64,000 nt of DNA, from assembly GCA_965644265.1 (NCBI GenBank), contig OZ286472.1, positions 27,962,001 through 28,026,000 on the forward strand, written 5' to 3'. Under the pieces are notes generated by a model. It made no database searches, was not told the origin of the DNA, and was given only the letters and a program-made list of their open reading frames with translations. Below, in pieces: positions 63,257 through 64,000 of this stretch. Origin of the DNA: Glycera tridactyla (taxonomy: Eukaryota). The position numbers and the translations under genes were made by a program. Each line of letters begins with the position of its first letter. The stretch's first letter is position 1.

Positions 63257-63601
63257 CTTGTCCACTCTGGGATTTGTGAGTATTTGCAACATGTTAAGGG
63301 TTTTATCTCAGTTTTTTTCACTAGTCTCGCCTGGAAAGTTCTATTATTATTTATGCATTAATCTCTTATTACTGTCCTATTTATTCCATACTACCATTGT
63401 TATTGTACAATATTTGTTGTTGAAACTGAAACTGAGAAACCAAGCAAGATGAGACAATTATACGATACTGCCTGTGAAATGTGAATAATCCTTGTTGTTA
63501 TCTAATGGACAGTACACCAGAATATCCGTTGTCCTGTCTCGAAACCTTCTTTATATCTTTCAAAAAACCTCTCCTCATCAATCTTTTTTATTATTCCCAC
63601 T

Positions 63602-64000
63602 ATGATTGAACCTCATGAACTGAAAATACTGAATGGACTAGTATTCGCACACTTAAATGTGTGTAGCCTGAAAAACAAACTTGATGATATATTTCGATTA
63701 CTTGATTGCAGTGATATTGATGTTCTAGGAATATCTGAAACATTTCTAGATGATAGCCTGGACTCCATGATGTTTTACATTGAGGGGTATAACTTGTACA
63801 GATTGGACCGCAAAGATCATAGTGTGAGACAGAGTGGTGGGGGAATATGTGTATACAGTAAATGTTCAATTGTATGTGATATGGCCCCCCAACTATCCTT
63901 TAGCAATAGGGACATTGAAATACTTGGACTCTGTATCTCCCTGAAAAACTGTAGACCTATATATGTGTTTAATATTTATAGGCCACCATATGGAAATATG
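63602..64000 (+). CDS. LINE ORF2, N-terminal AP-endonuclease domain (runs off the window end)
   Basis: ATG at 63602: MIEPHELKILNGLVFAHLNVCSLKNKLDDIFRLLDCSDIDVLGISETFLDD..IEGYNLYRLDR..GGGICVY..IYVFNIYRPP. The HLNV, ISET, RLDR, GGG and YRPP motifs are typical of CR1/L2-group endonucleases. No stop before base 64000. Confidence 0.92.
   Translation, partial: MIEPHELKILNGLVFAHLNVCSLKNKLDDIFRLLDCSDIDVLGISETFLDDSLDSMMFYIEGYNLYRLDRKDHSVRQSGGGICVYSKCSIVCDMAPQLSFSNRDIEILGLCISLKNCRPIYVFNIYRPPYGNM

Larger units (their letters stand above)
61030..64000 (+). mobile_element. 5' portion of a CR1/L2-group LINE retrotransposon
   Basis: Putative 5' UTR, then ORF1, a spacer of about 345 nt, then the ORF2 endonuclease. 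The 5' boundary is approximate. Confidence 0.88.

Noticed and set aside
1-64000. CRISPR array, rRNA, tRNA or prokaryotic operon
   Set aside because: None seen. The recurring gaggtggtc words belong to MITEs and have no unique regular spacers. The DNA is eukaryotic with spliceosomal introns.

Overview
AT-rich, CpG-depleted eukaryotic genomic DNA with five N gaps. The repeat content and domain repertoire suggest a marine invertebrate, possibly a hemichordate-like deuterostome (inference). The best-supported gene is an intron-rich minus-strand gene for an extracellular CUB/LDL-receptor-class-A (LDLa) mosaic protein. Four exons (14038-13865, 6555-6334, 3561-3421, 2979-2887) have canonical GT-AG sites and splice in frame into 210 codons: divergent CUB, LDLa, Thr-rich linker, start of a Cys module. 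A fifth CUB half-exon lies at 53615-53435, and a CpG-rich promoter-like region with a candidate first exon lies at about 57.1-57.6 kb. The right end holds the 5' part of an apparently young CR1/L2-group LINE (ORF1 plus the endonuclease start of ORF2). The rest is intron/intergenic DNA with many TA-flanked Tc1/mariner-type MITEs, one hAT-type MITE with a perfect 8-bp TSD, one Harbinger-like MITE and microsatellites. The most unusual observation, made by eye and needing HMM confirmation, is a series of stop-interrupted relics resembling CUB, C-type lectin, SRCR, LDLa, kringle and F5/8C exons, mostly on the host-gene strand. No rRNA, tRNA or CRISPR array was seen.
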